Assembly: GCA_043228905.1 (NCBI GenBank)
Contig: JBHGNT010000012.1
Coordinates: 18,414,001-18,478,000, forward strand
Length of the DNA stretch: 64,000 nt
Source: Azolla caroliniana
Taxonomy: Eukaryota > Plantae > Polypodiophyta
Direction: 5' to 3'
In this document: positions 38,952 through 53,247 of the stretch, one piece after another
How the letters are laid out: each line of letters begins with the position of its first letter
Numbering within the stretch: the first letter of the stretch is position 1
The notes under the pieces: model-generated
The model's input: only the letters and a program-made list of their open reading frames with translations
What the model was told of the DNA's origin: nothing
Databases searched by the model: none
Made by a program: the position numbers and the translations under genes

Positions 38952-39789
38952 TCATTCATCTGTATTACCCGAACCAAACAAGCGCCATGAAGAAATTCCG
39001 GAACTGAAGGAATGAACCAATGCGAAATCACCATTCAAACTCCCTGGGTAATTTTTTTCTAGGTTGTTGACCTTCATAGTTGCCCTGGATACAAATAGAT
39101 CAAAGATTAACCAAGATGGTTCATGCCAACTGTTGGCTTTAGTGATGAGGCCATTGTTTCTAGGGCAATGATTGTCTTTTATAGCAAATATTCCAGGGAG
39201 GTTCAAATCTCTATTGAAGAAAGCTTTTGAATATTTTAAAGCTTTTGGAGGCATTACTAGCTTGGCTATGATCTTGTTGAGATCATTATCTCACAAAATT
39301 TGTTCTGCATTTAACTCCAATCAGGATCCTTAAATTCTGTAATGCTGGGGTTTATAAGCTAATTTTACCAATGGTTTCTGAATACCTTCGTTTTGGAGCG
39401 CATCTCAAAGTTATGGAAAATATCTATTGGCACACTGTGTGTCGTATTTGGACAAGCCAGTTTTGGTTCTCCGAGATTTTGATCCGCGTTTGTGGGAGTT
39501 ACTTTTCCTTTTGGGATGCACCAACACATATCTACACAGCTGATAACCGAGGGATACAGATGTACAAACTTTAATATGGGAGATTATTCTCCCAGGATAC
39601 ATACAAGCTCATGCAGTACGAATCTTAATGTTTGTAAAATTGCTCATTAAGAAAATATGATTCCAATGTATTTTAAAGGTTGCTGGGTTGCAATTGGATC
39701 TTGGGTTTTAAAGAAATGTCAACATTTCCTTTTGAACTGAGTTTTCCCATGGTCGTGATTTGACTTGGATACAAAGTACATTAGGGAGA

Positions 39790-40120
39790 ACGCAAAAATA
39801 AGAAAGTTCTACTGGATACCAATAAATGATGTCCATTTGAGACCACGAAATAAAAATCATGTACAAAACATAATTGAAGCACTTATCTACTCAATATGTG
39901 CCAAAATAAGAAAGCTTTACTGGATACCAATAAATGATGCCCATTTGAGACCACGAAATAAAAATCATGTACAAAAACATAATTGAAGCACTTATCTACT
40001 CAATATGTGCCAAAATAAGAAAGCTCAACTGGATACCATTTATATGATGTCCATTTGAGGCCACGTAATAAAAACCATGTACAAAATCATAATTGAAGCA
40101 CTTCTCTGCTCAATCTGTGG
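39790..40120. repeat. Tandem repeat, about 109 bp x 3, between the convergent DYRK and UBC genes
   Basis: CAAAATAAGAAAG...ACTGGATACCA...CCATTTGAG.CCACG.AATAAAAA.CATGTACAAAA..CATAATTGAAGCACTT occurs three times. Confidence 0.9.
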
Positions 40121-41071
40121 CATAGATCTCATCTATTTGAGGCACGTCAAGGTCAGATAAAGACATTAATAGGAGGATACATACAGCTAACTGAGTGGCA
40201 GTAATAACCCAAATCTTGATCTATCCTTCACAAACATACATTAAGAGATGAATAGGGGCTTACAACAAATTGAAAGAGTAACAATCCACTTCTTGATGTT
40301 AAATGGAATAACAATAGTTCACATATTGAGATCTTTGCATACTCAACTATGTTACACTTCACTCTCTCCCACATGTGAAAACTTGCGAACTATGTGTTAT
40401 TATTTTGACATTATAAAGCATGCATCTCATTATATCATCAAATTAGATACTAAAAAAGTAGGTGAAAGCGAATAAAATTAAGTAAGGAAAGCTTGATTCA
40501 CATCAACATGCTATTGACAAATCCTTGCCACATTCAAAAGTCCTGTAATTGCTTCAGGAATCTATCACATAATGCTATTATCTATATTAAAATAATCAAG
40601 AAAGATACACAGCACCAATAGATTTCTTCCTTAACATTCCCTCCAACACATCCTCAAAAACAGCACTCACTGTTCAAACGTTATCTGAAACCAGTAAATC
40701 ATTTTCAAATATCTATTCAATGTTTCTCATCTTAATACAAATATATACGGAAATTATTGAGAAAATATCCATATTCAACAACTTGAACTAAGCATGAAAG
40801 TCATGAAAAGGAAGATATGAAGAAAATTTTCAATCATAAAATCTAATCTGGAGAAATCTATATTTATATTATATTCTAATGAATCTAATGTTGGATTTAG
40901 TCATTACATGAGTTTTACACAAGAACAATTTGTTTTTAAACACAAGCTGATGAAAATAATTTTCTATGGCCATATATCATAACTATACAGACAGATCCGT
41001 AAATGTATTTACAGTTGGGTTTGTTCCAAAGCACATAGCTGGTCTCCATGGTGAGAGGTAGCATTCTGCTG

Positions 41072-44000
41072 CTAAGGATCAGATGAACCTGCCATTTCCT
41101 CGTCACTTGATTCATACTCAACATCACTCAGCTCAGCATCACTGCTTGTTTCAGCTCCGTTCCGATCAGCTTCAGCTTTTGCATATTTCTCACAATGCTC
41201 TAAGCAGCAAAGAGTTCACAACATTAGACTATAGCTGAAACACTTACGGCATTCGTTAAAAGTCTTACAAAGCTTTGAAAATGCACTTTTAAGTGATCAA
41301 TCTCATAATGCAATAATTGAAATGTATTATGAGTCTTTATATTGACAACTGCGCTATCATATCTTTATACAACAAGTTTTATAAGATAATGGGATAGTGC
41401 AATAAGACAATGTTTAATGAAGTTATCCTCGACCTAAGAGCACAAAGGTGTCTTCACAAATGCAAGCTTGAGCATATATAGTGCTGTAAGGTAATAATGC
41501 CTAATGACATATCCTGGTTATCGAATCACCAGTTTTTCATGTTGTAATTTTGTGAATAGCCTAAAATCAGCCCCATGATTTTTCCACTGACAACGAAATA
41601 TATTAATAAATTGCTGATTCCCTCTAATCCATGTCTTTGGAACACTTTAATATTTGTTATTGGTTTAGTCTAATGTGGAATTGGTGACCGGGGGAACAAC
41701 TACGGACTGTTTAAAACAAAAGCCTCCAAAATAGTAAAATTGCCTTGAGTAATAAAATGATCTTAAAACAAGAGTCCAGCAAAGGGGGAAAGATTTCGCT
41801 GCAAACAATTTTGGCCTGCAAAAGGACAAAATAAGTAAGGTCACTCCCTCAATAATCTATGACCGGATGAAGAGAGCTATCTTTCTTCTCAACAATGTTG
41901 GATCAATCCACTCAAAATAGATACATTTTGCCATTGATCTCTAAATCTTTTTGATAGTCTTACTGGGGTCGAATACTTCATAAAGCTAGATCTTTGTTGT
42001 GCATATAATCTTGTAAAGCTACAAACTACTGTATTTATATCCATTTTCTGGTAGATTTAGACATATTATACAGCTTTCAGACCTCATAACCTTAAGGTGC
42101 ATAGAGAAAGGAAGTCAAAGGTTTGAAGATAAAATAAGATTACACCTCTCTGAACGTGAAGACCAAAATGAGGAAAGCTTCATCCTAAGTCTCAACTAGT
42201 TGAAAAGTTTGAACAAAAAAGGAATTGAATTCTCAGCCAGAGTATGAAAAGCATTAAGAAAGTTAAAACTCTCACTCCTTGTATGCATGAAAAGATAACC
42301 TGATCACCTCCCTAGAAAGGTCCTTTCGATATATTATACAATGTCGACATGGTCTTGGTGTCCACGCAGATTAATGAGTTCTTTCCTTACAATGGAAGGA
42401 TGCTGTTGGTAAAACATTCATCTGGAACCCAAGACTATGGGATTTTCAGCAATAATACTATAGGTATGGAGCTTTCACCTAGGAGTAGTTTGAGCTTATC
42501 CAAAAAATCCTTCACCCAAAAAACGTATGGAAATGATTTAGAAATAGAGTTAGAGGTGATCTGGTATTTCAAGGAGACTCAATTACGCTGATTCTTTTTA
42601 GTCCATTCAAAGAAGTTGGTCGATTTTGTATACAGAGAACATATCTTTCGAATGAAGGAAATATATCTTGTACACTTGAATCGCACGAGAAAATTGACTC
42701 CAGGTCTGGATGGATTAAAGGTTGAGGCTTCGATGACAATAGAACTGTTTCCATGAGAACTTCCGAAACTCCCGCTTCTCTACGGTCACCATGGAATGTA
42801 CCCCACCTAATGATTCTGTCTCTTCCTGGGTCACAGGATTCAACTCATCCACACTCATAAAAATCTGTGGGGTTCCGATACTTATATGAGAGAACTTCGC
42901 CAGGAAAGGATCATAAATGTTGGGTAGTCTCATACTGCAATGAGCCATTGCATTCTTAAAAATCATCAGGTTTCAACAAAAAGTTATTTGACACTGTCTG
43001 TTTATGCAGAGATGGTAGTGACCGAAAACAGAAAAAGGAACTTCAACTACTTGATTCAGTCTATTGGACAACAAGGGTATGGGGCATAGTGGAATGGTGT
43101 TAAGTTATGAACTCAATTGGATTGAACCTGAGATTGGAAATGAACTGAGTGAGTCACTTTTCACCATCTACGTTGTTGATTACACAAAGATACGTGTTTC
43201 TGTTCTGGTTGTATGCCACATTTGCTACCAAAGGAATTCACAATGCATCAGCTTATGAAAAAGAGCAGAAGATCTGTTTTAAAATCAATATTCTTAACTG
43301 ATATAGTCTTTGCTCAAAGGTTTTGATCTTCAAACTTTACGACTTTGGAATCCTAAGACACTCCTAAATATTTCTTGGTTTCAATCTGAATCATGAATAA
43401 TGGACCCCTCTGTCCTGAATTTTACACATCCTTCTTTTGTGGGTGACACTTTCCATTCACTGCTTACTCTCATTGGCCATTAGTGGTTTCATGTAGATTA
43501 GACATTTGTGGTTTCAACAATGTAAGTAACCCCCTCCAAGTGGATCTTCCTCTCCTAGAACATACCTCTTACATGTTGTTCATATTTTGTTTTGTCCCTC
43601 ATCATCAAGGCTGCTGCTTCACCATTCAATGGATCTGCTGGATTTGGATAAAGTAGAAGTTGAGGAAGAAATACTTCAAAAACATTGACAAGATCTGCAA
43701 TAACCAGGAACACACAAATTTCGAAGGATGTTACTATAATACCCACAAAAAATATGTCCAATGTGGCCAAGTCAGAATGTTTACAAAGAAATTCAAACAT
43801 AGGCTACAAGAATATGTTTACCAAACATCGGGCTCCAGGTCTGATTGATTACATCCAAACATACTGACCCTGACCTGTTTCAAACAAGGCACTCTGGCTT
43901 ACATTAGTAGCAAAAACAAAATTTCCCAAATGGCAGACCATTTCAAATTTCCAGGGTTTGACCAAGGGCATCTTGGAAATAACTAAACCTCAGGGGCATT

Positions 44001-45004
44001 GGAGAAATCAAGAAATTCAGATATTTTAAAGATTATTAGTCAGGTGAGGTAACATAGATGCTATGCTTCATATTTTTTACATTTGCACCCATAAATATTA
44101 ATGCAATCTGTAAAAGACGAGTTCATGTGAGAATTCACTTACACTTCGTCAACATTTGGATGAAATATCTTGTTCACAAAACCGATTGATGGAGATTTGT
44201 AAGGATATGCTTCTGGCAGCTCCACTCTAACTTTCCAAACTCCATTTTGGTACGGACCTAAATAACAAATCCAATTGAGACAGTGTGGTGAGGATCAGTA
44301 AAACTGAATCTTACAGGTCAGGTAACCTTATTCCCATAAAAGAGCCCATTGAATGAATTATGTGTTCACACTCTTTTATCAATATTCGATCATTATATGA
44401 GACCAGTGAAACTTCTAAAATGTTCTATTAACCATCAGAATATCAACATTATCATGGTAAGACCAATTCAACCATACAACTGATTGTATTTGATAGTGAA
44501 GCAATCATTGATTACAGCATCCTAGGACAGGAAGAAGGATTTTCCGTAATTATTTTTTGTTTAGGTAGATTTGGAATTGTATAGTAGCATAGAATGTGAT
44601 TTTGATAATTATGTAATTGAGTTCGAGTTATTTCACTATCAATCAGTTACAGTCAGAAAAGCATTGTTCAATGAATCGAATTACAATGTCCCTGGATTGG
44701 TGCACTGGGCAACCCACATATCCATAAACAGATTTCCTGAAGGAAAAAGAATGGTATTGCTTACTGTTAGGAGGGCCATGAAACTCGACTTTGAAATCGT
44801 TCATTCCATCATTTATCATCTCCACCTTGTAATCACTCATCATCCTGCATTGATCCCAAACCGAAAAAGCAGGAAACGCAGATCTGATCAGAACCAAGGA
44901 AAGATCATCTTCGAATGTATTTTTTTCGAAAATAAAAAATTTCCTTTCTCGGCAACATACAGCTTCATCACATCCATGTCTCGCCGCTTGCTGGGGGAGG
45001 ACAT
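41072..45004 (-). CDS. UBC5: Ubiquitin-conjugating enzyme E2, UBE2H / yeast Ubc8 / Arabidopsis UBC4-5-6 group (182 aa)
   Basis: Exons 45004-44961, 44844-44765, 44257-44143, 43874-43822, 43694-43566, 41199-41072. Motifs [65 protein letters not shown], and an acidic tail. Confidence 0.95.
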
Positions 45005-45224
45005 GGCCAAAAAGGAAGAGAAAGAAAAAACAGAGGAGAAGCAAAAAAGACGAAGGATTGTGCGTTTGGATAGTGAGGAAGGTGAGTGGGATCACAGACA
45101 GACAGACAGATTAGGGTTCTGCTTCTGCTTCTTCTGGGCAGGCTGCCTTGCCTGGCTCTCCATGGCGGCCGCGCCGCACCGCACCGCTACAATCAATTCA
45201 CACAGAAACAGAGAGACAGAGAAT

Positions 45225-45355
45225 GAGATACGTATACGTATATGTATATGTATATATCAACATGTGTATGTATATACATACATATACAGATATGTATACA
45301 TATGTATATGTATATGTATACGTATGTCACATGTGTGTATATATGCGCTTCCTTT

Positions 45356-45399
<44 letters not shown>

Positions 45400-45700
45400 T
45401 ACATACATACATACATACATACATACATACATACATGATGATGATGATACATACATACATACATACATACACACATACATGATGATGATGATACATACAT
45501 ACATACATTATGATGATGACACATACATACATACATACATACATACATGATGATGACACATGCATATGTACATATCTGCATACATGATGATGGTGGTGGT
45601 GGTGATGATGATGATACATACATGCATACATACATCATGATGATGATGGCGACGACGACGATAGATAAATACATACATACATGGATGATGATGATGGATC
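45225..45700. repeat. Complex microsatellite (TA/TATG, CA, TACA, GAT) upstream of the UBC gene
   Basis: Runs are directly visible and account for the many low-complexity ORFs in the track. Confidence 0.95.
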
Positions 45701-47409
45701 GGATCAAATCTTTGAGCTTTGGTTTGAGCATCAGTATTTAGGTACATGTGCCTCCCTCCCTCCCTTGTTGATTGTACGTGGAAACGTTAGGTACATATAC
45801 ATATATGTGATATCTTCGAGCAATGGAAACTCTTTGAGCAACTCAATTGCAATCCCCAACTCTCCTTGTCCACAATTTCAATACGTTGACATTGGTCTTC
45901 CGGATATATGCCCTAGACTCATGTACATATATCAATGTTCCTATCTCACGCGCTACCTGATTATAAATGATTAAAAACCTGCCACCCTAATTATTCCAAT
46001 ACTTTGACATTGGTCTTTTGGATACATGTCCTAGACTCATGTATATCAATGTTCCTATCTCGCGTGCTACCCTGGCTATAGATGTTAAAAACCCTTTCAG
46101 CTCTGAAATAAACCCACCACCCTAATGATGTATCGATTGTTTCCTACCTTAGTTATTTGTCAAACTCTTACCCCCGTTCGTTCACCATCTTGCCTTGTGA
46201 TGACCCAAATAATCCCATCATTGCTCATTTTCTTTGCCAAAGCATTTGAGCTATATCTCGTTCCTTCGTTTGATTGCCCATGCATGTGTTTTGATGGACC
46301 AACTTGTAAAGTGGCATCGAATCATTTGAGTACCAGCCTTAATTGTTGTTTTAGTTCGATAAAGAATTTGGCACTAATATTATATTGTCACAAGGAGTGT
46401 GGCACAATGATCTTGTTGTTTTAGTTCGATAAAGAATTTAGCACTAATATTATATTTTCACAAGGAGTGAGGCACAATGATCACATGGAAACTTAACAAT
46501 CTGTTGCATGTATTTAATATAAATATGAATTGTATAATATTGAAACTAATGCAGATCGGTGTAGATCGAGATTGGTTCACTCTTTTACATTTTGCACCTT
46601 CATCGAGTTGAAATCTCTTTCCACACGTGTGTTGTTTCATGCACATTGTACCTCTTTTAAAAATGTCCAAATCAATCCAAAATTATCATAACTGGTATGC
46701 AAATCAAACCATTGAAGTAATCTCACACACATTTCGCGCCTTGATTTTTAGATGTTAAACCATTTTCTTCGAGTGTTAAAACAATTCATTTTTCATGTGC
46801 ATTGCTTTACTACCTAGTGGGTTAATATTTCAAATCGTGGGCCAACTTTATGGGGTGTCTTTGACATATGCATCCCTATGATTAACAAAGTGCAAACTAA
46901 CGGGCATCCGTGGTTGACTTCAATTCTATTGAAATTTAAATTCCAACCTTGTCATTTATGTTTTCAACAAGGGTGACAAACTGACATGTGTTTGATTTTT
47001 AATTTGGTTTTTAATAAGCATGAACATCTTTAGTGCTTGGTAAGTTGTGCACACGAATATTAATTACATACACGAATGCGAACATTAACCATCATACAAT
47101 TTACCACAATCGGGATTTCTACATTGTCATTGGGCGTAATGTTTCGAAAGATGGACCCCATCTTACGATGTGTCTCTAGTCAAACATTAGTATTCATTCC
47201 CATATTTGTCACTCTAAAATGATCCTTATGTTCTTTTTATGGAAACACCAATGGTTTCATTACCAATATGATATCTATATCTCTACCAAGTTCAACTCAA
47301 TTAAAATATATTATATGACATCTTGAACATTTCAAAATAATATCTCAAGTTTCCATAGTAATGAGATCCTACAACAACAACAACATTACAAAGTTGTCAA
47401 AGAAAGGGA

Positions 47410-47620
47410 TAGCTATGGGCCCAATTTCGGCTCGAACCGAATTGAATTGTTAAGCCATGGTTTAACGGTTTATCGATTCCAAAAAAATTTAATGGTTTAG
47501 TTTGGTTTGGATTTTTAATAAATGGTTTGGTTTCAGTTCGGTCTGGTTCTAAAACTTAGGTTTATCGGTTTATAGGTTAAGTGGTTTTCCCTTTCAAACC
47601 CAAACCTTAAAAGTTAATAC
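47410..47620. mobile_element. Truncated hAT-type MITE end, same family as 52748-53247
   Basis: TAGCTATGGGCCCAATTTCGGCTCGAACCG...TAAGCCATGGTTTAACG matches the sequence starting at 52748. Confidence 0.65.
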
Positions 47621-50030
47621 TAAATGAATTGGATCAAGAGAGTGGGTGTTAACTATGCATTTTTTAGGTCTAGAAAGGAGACATTAATGCATCTTCTTGT
47701 CAGCTTGGAATGTGGAAATAAAGTATCATTACAACTCTTCAACTTAATGGTGACTTGGTCATGTTTCCATATTTTATCATTAAACAATAACATAATGCAC
47801 CGGTTTACATTTAAACAAGGTACATCACTCCCAACATGCATGTTCCCTTGTTTTCTTGATATCCTCTTTCTTTCTTTTGGTGATTGCAATTTGCATTTCA
47901 TTGTTAATAATATTTCTAATACATTATGTAAACAATTGACATTTAGATTATTCGTTAGGTTCCATCCCCCAAGGATAAATAGTATCAACACTCCACCACT
48001 CCATAACCAAGTTATGCTATTGGTGGTGGGAACAACCATACTGGTGGTGCTAAGCATCATTTGGGACTTTCATTTTGTAATGTGAGAAAAGAGGCATTCT
48101 TCCAATAGGCAATAAATTTGAGGCATTGCAACACTGCAACATCTGTCTCACCTTTAATTTCCTCATACCGCCCTTTCAAGGTATGCACCATTTGCATCCA
48201 GACATACTATACACTTTCCACTAGATGAACAATAGTATTACCAAACACTTTAGAACACCTAACAGTCCAAATAAACCACATTCTGGTGGTGCATAACAGC
48301 TCCCATACTTCTTGCATTGCCTTTAACAGATAAGGAGCTTCCATATGACTTCGTTGCACCATCATTATCCTTCCTCTTTGAATTCTAATAATTGTGTCAT
48401 TTGGACATGCCTCATATGGCCACATCATTTATGCCACTGTAGCCCATACTACCATACCCCACGAAAAACTGTCATCCATAAACATAAAGCCTAGAATTCG
48501 AAACACTTGTCTCCAAACTTGTTGTGTGGCATGACATTCCCACAAACAATGTTTCAATGTCTCCATTTGGCAACTACAATAGATGCATGCGGTCGGTCTA
48601 GCTGATTGTTGTAGCCATTGGTCGACTGGTAATGTTGTATGCATTACTAGCCATTGGAAGACATTTATTTTCATATCTTGCTTCCATTTCCATATTGTCC
48701 TCCAAAACTTTGCTAGGAATTCAGATGTGACCCCTTGATGGGTCCAAAATTGGCTAGCCCGTGGTGTAGTTCTGCGTTGAGCTGCCAAAATGTGTCGTCC
48801 AATCTTAACTGAGTACTGAAAAAAACCACACCTTTTTTCCGCACGATCAAACGGATCTTTCCACCAAAATTCTCCCAGATCCCATTGCAACCTTATCAAA
48901 GGTTTCTTTTCAAAAACTCTCAATTTCCAATGCTCCTTGACTGCATCAACTTGTGGGTCGATGATCCACTTAGATCCGTCATAAACAAGGACCCTTATTT
49001 TAGAGAATGTAGCATATTGCAAGATCCTTGATTGTATCGTTGCTAACAATCAACAACAGTTCGGTTCGGTTTGAGAGGGTCCAAACCAAACTGTTTTGGA
49101 ACCGAACTGTTTAAAAATATTGAAACCTGAACCAAACCGAACCGAACTGCGAAACTGTTAAACCAAATCGTTAAACATTTTCCAAACCGTTAAACCGTAA
49201 AAACCGTTGTTTTGTGGTTCGGTTTCAGTTTTCAACATAGGTCAAATTTTTAATTTTTTAAAATTTTTAAAATTTTTAAGATGTTCCTAAAATGTGAGAA
49301 TAAGGTCTAAAAATGAAAAGATTGTTTAAAAACAAATTTTAAAATTTTTTAGATTTTTTTAAAAATTGTTACAATTAAAAAAAAAACCGTTAAACCGTTT
49401 AAACCGTGGTTTTTGACTGTTGAAACTAAATCGAACCATTTAAAAAAACCCAAACTTGAACCGAACCGAACCTAACCGTTGAAACCGTTAAACCACGGTT
49501 TCACGGTTTGATTCAGTTCAAACCGAACTGTTGCCGATTGTTAATCGTTGCTCTACATATAATGCCATCTTCCTCCACATCATAGTCTTGACATCGTCTG
49601 CAAGACAAATGTCCCCTTACCCTCACTAGCACTTGAAGCCTCGTAAATGCCCCTTCCCACTTGGGAGGATTAAAGGACCATACCGTAGAGGCTGAGTGCC
49701 CCAAAACTGATTGCACCTGGTTCCACATAATCTGCCCCCCTCTGAAGGAAGAAAAAAATTCTGATCTGTCATTTACATGCAAAGTATGAAAGGATTTCCA
49801 TGCATCAACGAACACTCCTAGCCCTGCATCGAGCTTGGCCCAATCCAATCTCGTACGGGACCCCAACATGTGCCCTGAGGGCAAACATACCAATGGTAGC
49901 TTGACGGTAGGGCAACTTTCTTGTAATAATTGTTTATAACTAATGAAAGGATATTTTCTAGGAAAAAAAAACAATTGACATTTAGACCTTCCTTGGCAAC
50001 AAAAGTAAGGGTGACATGTATGCATTATTA
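47620..50030 (-). mobile_element. L1-type LINE 3' fragment (ORF2 C-terminus, zf-RVT region)
   Basis: FWRTIWKW...KINVFQWLVMH..LPV...CIYCSCQMETLKHCLWEC. GHMLGSRTRLDWAKLD is homologous to about 62670-62720. Interrupted by a MITE. Confidence 0.85.
49044..49543. mobile_element. hAT-type MITE (500 bp), same family as 18717-19743, opposite orientation
   Basis: TIRs TAACAATC.. / ..GCCGATTGTTA. Perfect 8-bp TSD ATCGTTGC at 49036-49043 and 49544-49551. Confidence 0.9.
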
Positions 50031-50729
50031 ACTCGTGGAATCCAATTAGTTTTACTTATTGATCGTTTAAGTACATGATACTACTCATGCACATTCCCCC
50101 TCTTCTGCAAACCTTTCACCACTAGGCTCACTCTTACACATCAACAATTACACTAATTTCACTCATTATTCATGTGTAGGTTGATACACAAAACCCCTCT
50201 CATTGTCTTCATGTATGTGGTAACAGTAACAAACCATGCCTTTAATTATCTATAAGGTCCTCAGTATATCCAAATTCTTTTTTCGCCTTGGGCACCACAT
50301 TTAAAACATCTTGTAACTCACAATTGTATGATATTGTCCCAATAATATTGTGGTATACGTTTGTACCACCTTTTTAGCAAACGCAGGCCTTCATGTTGTG
50401 GTGTACCTTTGTGCCACCTTTTTAGTTAGCGCATGCCTTCATGCATTAGTTGGTAGCCAAACCCACCCAAATGGGTATTTCTATATAAGCTATAAATTAA
50501 GCATGAAGGAAGAAGGAAGTGGCAAGACAGACTAATTTTGATCCTCTCAATGTGCATTTCACATAATGGTGGAGAAGTGAGGTGCAATCTCAATTGCTAG
50601 CCCATTGCCTTGTTCCTCGATAAGGGCGGGGGTAGTTGGTGATGACAACTACCTTAGAAGGATCCATACGGATTCCTTTGCCAGAGATGATGTAGCCAAG
50701 GAAACGTAGGTTGATGCATCCCCATCGAC

Positions 50730-51065
50730 ACTTCTTCCAATGGAGTTAGGTTTGCTCACCCATCCTAACTTTGTCCAACCGTTTAAGTTGCAAAAAGATG
50801 CCTCAAACCAAGGGTTAGGAGTCGTCCTCTTGCAAGCCGATTGCAATGGTCAAGAAACACAGTTGCCTTCATTAGTAGAGCACTTACCCCAACTGAACGA
50901 AACCACTCAAGCACCAAGAAGGAACTACTGCGATCATCTTGTCCTTCTAGTGTTTTCACCCCTACCTTCAAGGCGGATAGGTTACAATGGAGACTAACCA
51001 TCAGCCCTTGCTTTATGTTATCCATAGGGCCCACCCCTTGGGTTGCTTGTTGCGATGGACACTAG
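50730..51065 (+). mobile_element. Ty3/gypsy RNase H fragment
   Basis: LLTHPNFVQPFKLQKDASNQGLGVVLLQ, then a frameshift, then VAFISRALTPTERNHSSTKKELL. Confidence 0.75.
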
Positions 51066-52747
51066 CACAAAGGTACACCACAACATGAAGGCATGTGCTT
51101 GCTAAAAAGGTGGCACAAAGGTACAAGGTTTATGTTCATCTATGAAATCCCTTATTCCATAGTCATGCCATAACATTGATTGTCCAACAAGTGTGTAACA
51201 GTTAAAAGCTTGCAATATTAAATCAATGGGGGAAAACTAGGAATAATTGGTTTACATGGTTTTCTGACTATAAAAGAGATATCTTAGAGTCAAGTAGCCG
51301 AAGTAGTAAATCATTAGAAGCTTAACTACATGATAGCTACATGTTGCGTAAACCTACTAAAGTTGTTGAGTGACACAATTATAACAATCAACCAAATAAT
51401 GGATGAATCATGATGCATACTATTATAATATAGAAATACATTTGTTGTCTCTTTTTCACTACTAAGATTTTAGGTATTGTAACATATTATGTCTTTAAGT
51501 GTGTGCATCATGTAGGTTATGGATAACAAAGTAATCACCAATTGTGCATTTCAACATACACAAGCATAACCCTTGAGGGTGGTAGAAGATAGCACATAAC
51601 AAATATAAACCTCTTTCAATTATATAGTGGTGTGATGAATGAAGGAGATGATTGTCGGGGCTATGCAACTAATACCTACATTGGTCAAGATCACTTCATC
51701 TAGCATGGGGGTGGTAACTTGACTAACTCGATGGTAATAAACAAAGTTTGTAGCTTTACGGTAGATGGGACTCTTGCATATTTGGGTGACATGAGATGGT
51801 TCTTCAAGGGATTCCACTTTGTTGGTGATTTCTTATTCCCGTTTGGACATAAGACAATGGACCTCACTAGCAAAGTCCAATACCAACTCCTGGTAGGCAT
51901 ATTCAATATTTTCCCTCATCTCGATCACTACACCATAAATTAAAACATAGGTCTCCTCTCCATGTTGAATTCAACCTTCCAATTAACTCAAAGAAGGGGA
52001 AGTTCAGCAAAATCTATTTTCCATTCTTGCCAAAATGCTTTTGTGGTCGCTCACAACTAGTCGGCCTATCACCCGCTCATCAATGCTAGAGGCTTGCTCT
52101 TTAAGAAGGTTCTCCAATATCACTCTTGTTTTGGGTGCAACTATTTGTGCCAATAGGGTGGCCAACTTTTTGTCAACATTAGTCGTTGATTCAAATGCAT
52201 CCTGCACAATTCTCCATAGTCTTGGTTCTTGAACAATTATATTGTATACATAAACTATAGTGCCATCAAACATGCAACACAACAAGGTCATGGATTGGAC
52301 CTATTTAGATGCCCACGCCTTTGTTGGCATGAGAACAATATTGATGGTCATGGCCTCTTTATTGGTTAAGGAGACCTTCCCCCAAAATCTTGGAGTAGGT
52401 GCATTCGATTCTATTGTTTCTCCTCCAACACATCAAAATGGGTCCAAACTGAGGTTAGGGAACAATGAGCTACTCCCAATTACCTACTTTTCTATGAACG
52501 ATTGTCTCTAGTAACTTTCATGACATGTTGTTGTTTCCTTTGCCTTGTCTTGCACACTTACTCAATTTATTAGCCATATTTAGGTCTTCACAAGTATTTC
52601 TTAGCACATTGACTTGTCATCACATGTACAAATTCTCACTGGTTGAGGCAGCTTTTCTCCTTGAGTTACCAATCCTTATTTGGCTATCATCTAGTGAACC
52701 CTCTTTTGTCCAAAGTGTTTTAACGGTTTCCATCAACCAAGTGGTGA

Positions 52748-53247
52748 TAACTATGGGCCCGATTTCGGCTCAAACCGAACCGTGCTATTAAGCCATGGTT
52801 TAACGTTTTATCAGTTCCAATATGTATAATTAAATGGTTTTTTGGTTCAATTATTATTAAATAGTTTGGTTCTAAAACTCAAGTTTATTGGTTTAAATGG
52901 TTTCTGGTTAAATTTTTTATGGTTTAATTAATGTTTTTTTATTGATTTAATTAATTTAACTTAAATACTTATTTAATTTAATAGTTTAAATAATGTTTTT
53001 TGTTTATTTATTTAATTATTTTAACAAAAATTCTTATTAATTTAATGTATCTTGTTTATTTTATTTTATTGATTAATTTGACTTAAATATTTAGGTTTAA
53101 ATTTTTTATTAAATGGTTCGGTTTAGTTTTGTCTTTTATCTAAACGATTTGGTTTAAGTGGCTTGAGAGACTATAAACGGTTTGGTTTGGTTAGGTTTCA
53201 AACCAAAGAAACCAAATTGAACGGAAATTGAATTGGGCCCATAGTTA
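52748..53247. mobile_element. AT-rich hAT-type MITE (500 bp)
   Basis: TIRs TAACTATGGGCCC / GGGCCCATAGTTA. The flanking 8-mers AGTGGTGA / GGCGACGA differ only by transitions, consistent with a decayed TSD. Confidence 0.75.

Noticed and set aside
39790-40120. Regular repeats considered as a CRISPR-like array (also 15855-16030 and 18066-18525)
   Set aside because: Units are contiguous tandem copies without unique spacers, the context is eukaryotic, and there are no cas genes.
42100-43450. Possible copia-derived remnant in the long UBC intron
   Set aside because: Only faint similarity (SGTQDYGI) and no definable boundaries or intact motifs.
44571-45750. Cluster of long ORFs (303 aa, 150 aa, 134 aa and others)
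   Set aside because: They are antisense to UBC exons or translations of microsatellites (YIHT/MYVC repeats).
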